64,000 nt of DNA, taken from assembly GCA_963825135.1 (NCBI GenBank), contig CAWGRW010000009.1, positions 160,001 through 224,000 of the forward strand. Reading direction: 5' to 3'. This DNA comes from an uncultured bacterium (GTDB lineage Bacteria > Desulfobacterota_D > UBA1144 > Nemesobacterales > UBA2774). The notes under the pieces are model-generated. The model was not told where the DNA came from. It saw only the letters and a program-made list of their open reading frames with translations, and did no database searches. This document shows positions 62,337-64,000 of the stretch, one piece after another. Within the stretch, counting starts at the first letter, position 1; every line of letters starts with the position of its first letter. Made by a program: the position numbers and the translations under genes.

Positions 62337-62921
62337 ATGACAATGCCTTCGGCTGAGACCAGACGTATACCTGAAATCGAGCGTGAGCTGAGAGAGCTCA
62401 TAAGCAAGATCTCGCGCGGATGCGAGTCGGCGCTCGGGAAGCTCTACGACAGGATGATATCCCAGGTCTACGGGCTCGCGCTCAAGATTCTCCGCAGCAA
62501 CTCCGAAGCGGACGAGGTAACTATAGACGTATTCAAGCAGATATGGGATAAGGCCTCGGGCTATACGCCCGACCGCGGAAGCCCGTCGGCGTGGCTGATT
62601 ACGCTTACGAGGAGCCGCGCGATAGACAAGCTCCGGTCGGACACGAAGAGGAGGAGCTTACAGGATCCGCTCCACGACGACATCCCCTCGAATATAGACC
62701 CCCCTGATGAGACCACAGAGACGAGGCAGAAGCGCGCGCTCATCGATAAGGCCCTCTCGGAGCTCCCCCCCAAGCAGAGGGAATCCATAGAGCTCGCCTA
62801 CTTTCACGGGCTCACTCAGACGGAGATATCCGCCCGTATGAACGAGCCGCTCGGCACCGTTAAGAGCTGGATGCGGGCCGGGATGACGAGGCTCCGCGAG
62901 ATCATAGGCGCCGGGTACTAA
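62337..62921 (+). CDS. ECF sigma factor (SigK-like)
   Basis: LYDR, RGS..AWL.T..R.RAID, LAYF.GLTQ.EI, PLGTVKS. Confidence 0.9.
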   Translation: MTMPSAETRRIPEIERELRELISKISRGCESALGKLYDRMISQVYGLALKILRSNSEADEVTIDVFKQIWDKASGYTPDRGSPSAWLITLTRSRAIDKLRSDTKRRSLQDPLHDDIPSNIDPPDETTETRQKRALIDKALSELPPKQRESIELAYFHGLTQTEISARMNEPLGTVKSWMRAGMTRLREIIGAGY

Positions 62922-62936
62922 TCCGCCGCCCCGGTC

Positions 62937-63276
62937 CTAAAGCGGCAGGCCGAGCTTTCCGCCAAGCGCCGCGTATCCGAGAAAAAGCACCACCATCACC
63001 CCGAGGACGCCGCCATAGACAGCCGGAAATTGCAGCCGTGCCGGAGCATCCGCGGCAGGATGAGAAAGAAGAGAAGCGTGGGCAGCACGAAGCGGCCGAG
63101 AGGTCGGCGATCCGTCCCGCGTCCCTGGTATCGGCATAGAGCCATGCCACTGCGAGGAGAGATGTCAGCGGAAGGGCCGCCAGCATGGCGGCGAAAGCCG
63201 TGTGCCTCTTGCCGAGCTCCGACACGCCCGCGATCACGAGCGCCGTTAATACGGTCTTAACAATGAAATATATCAT
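62937..63276 (-). pseudogene. Small membrane protein (DUF3147-like), frameshifted
   Basis: K.....VIA.VSEL.KR...A..AALPLTSLLA..WLY; the C-terminal TM segments fall in other frames. Confidence 0.6.
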
Positions 63277-63418
63277 CTCCCGCTCCTTCCCAGCCGATAT
63301 AATTGATATTAAACTACTCCCTGTCCGTTATGCCTGGAATAATCGGTACAGCCGGGTTTGGAAACTATATACTTTTCCGGCTCTGTTTGAACGGGCATGA
63401 ACAGTCGGAGGAAAGAAC

Positions 63419-64000
63419 TTGAAAATCACTTCTTATATCATTGGCGACGACCTGCACCTCGAAGAAGAAACCTCAGTCACCTCTTTCTCGGAAAGGATAA
63501 AAGACGGCAGGCCCAGATGGGTCGACATCGTAGGCCCGGCAGACGACGAGCTGAGGAGCGTGCTCACGCCCCTCGTCCACGACGATTCATTGATCGAGAA
63601 TTTTATATTGATGGAGCGGAACCTCCCCGTAGCGCATTCGGAAAAAGAGCTCTACTTCGAATTCCCCCTAATCAGGGACACGGCCTCGTTCGATCTCGAA
63701 AACGTATCCTTCCTCTGCATGCCTCATCTCCTTATCACGATCCACGACGAGGAGATCGAAGTACTGAACAAGCTTTCCCAGGACCTGTGCAAACACCTCC
63801 ATCTGCAGAGGGCCACGATTGCTTCCCTCCTGTTCAACCTGATGGCCGAGCTCGTGGAGAAAAACTACTATCTCTACAGGGACCAGAGGGAGGAGATCAC
63901 GAAGATAAGCAACAAGGTAATAATGGGAGAGGACTCGATCGACGTCAGGACCATTCTTCATCTGAAGAAGAATATCGGGCGCGTGAATATCATGGTCGAG
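63419..64000 (+). CDS. CorA-like Mg2+/Co2+ transporter, N-terminal part (runs off the window)
   Basis: TTG start after GGAGG; open frame with WVDIVGP, LITIH, LL..LM..LV, I..LKK. Confidence 0.6.
   Translation, partial: MKITSYIIGDDLHLEEETSVTSFSERIKDGRPRWVDIVGPADDELRSVLTPLVHDDSLIENFILMERNLPVAHSEKELYFEFPLIRDTASFDLENVSFLCMPHLLITIHDEEIEVLNKLSQDLCKHLHLQRATIASLLFNLMAELVEKNYYLYRDQREEITKISNKVIMGEDSIDVRTILHLKKNIGRVNIMVE

Overview
Bacterial chromosomal window, mostly GC-rich with several AT-rich patches. Gene style (IPTL-CTERM protein, pilT-recA-cinA-pgpA, nnr-tsaE-lysC-cimA) suggests a deltaproteobacteria-like lineage such as Dadabacteria; this is inference only. Left end: tRNA-Leu and tRNA-Lys, then an unusual Kdp potassium-uptake locus. 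It has kdpFABC, an extra small membrane peptide, a kinase-less KdpD fused to a PTS EIIA domain, and no kdpE. An adjacent sigma54-type two-component pair appears to take that role. Two sigma54 promoters in the locus share identical enhancer geometry, and one drives a Tat-signal hemerythrin-like protein. The core genes are pssA/psd, ilvBNC, tsaB, pilT, recA, cinA, pgpA, ogt, cysS, nnr, tsaE, lysC, cimA, nth, secG, tpiA, def and an IHF/HU subunit. Accessory features include an orphan Rhs toxin tip resembling serum amyloid A, a GIY-YIG nuclease nested in REP-like palindromes, two paralogous Cys/His zinc-finger-like small proteins, three tandem Yip1 genes, a GNAT-aminotransferase fusion, an AT-rich two-gene islet, a thaumatin-like secreted protein, and a full-length PGK homologue lacking nearly all substrate-binding residues. 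Several single-base frameshifts and ~90-100 nt random-looking stretches suggest a draft assembly with errors or filled gaps. All calls come from reading motifs by eye; no searches were run.
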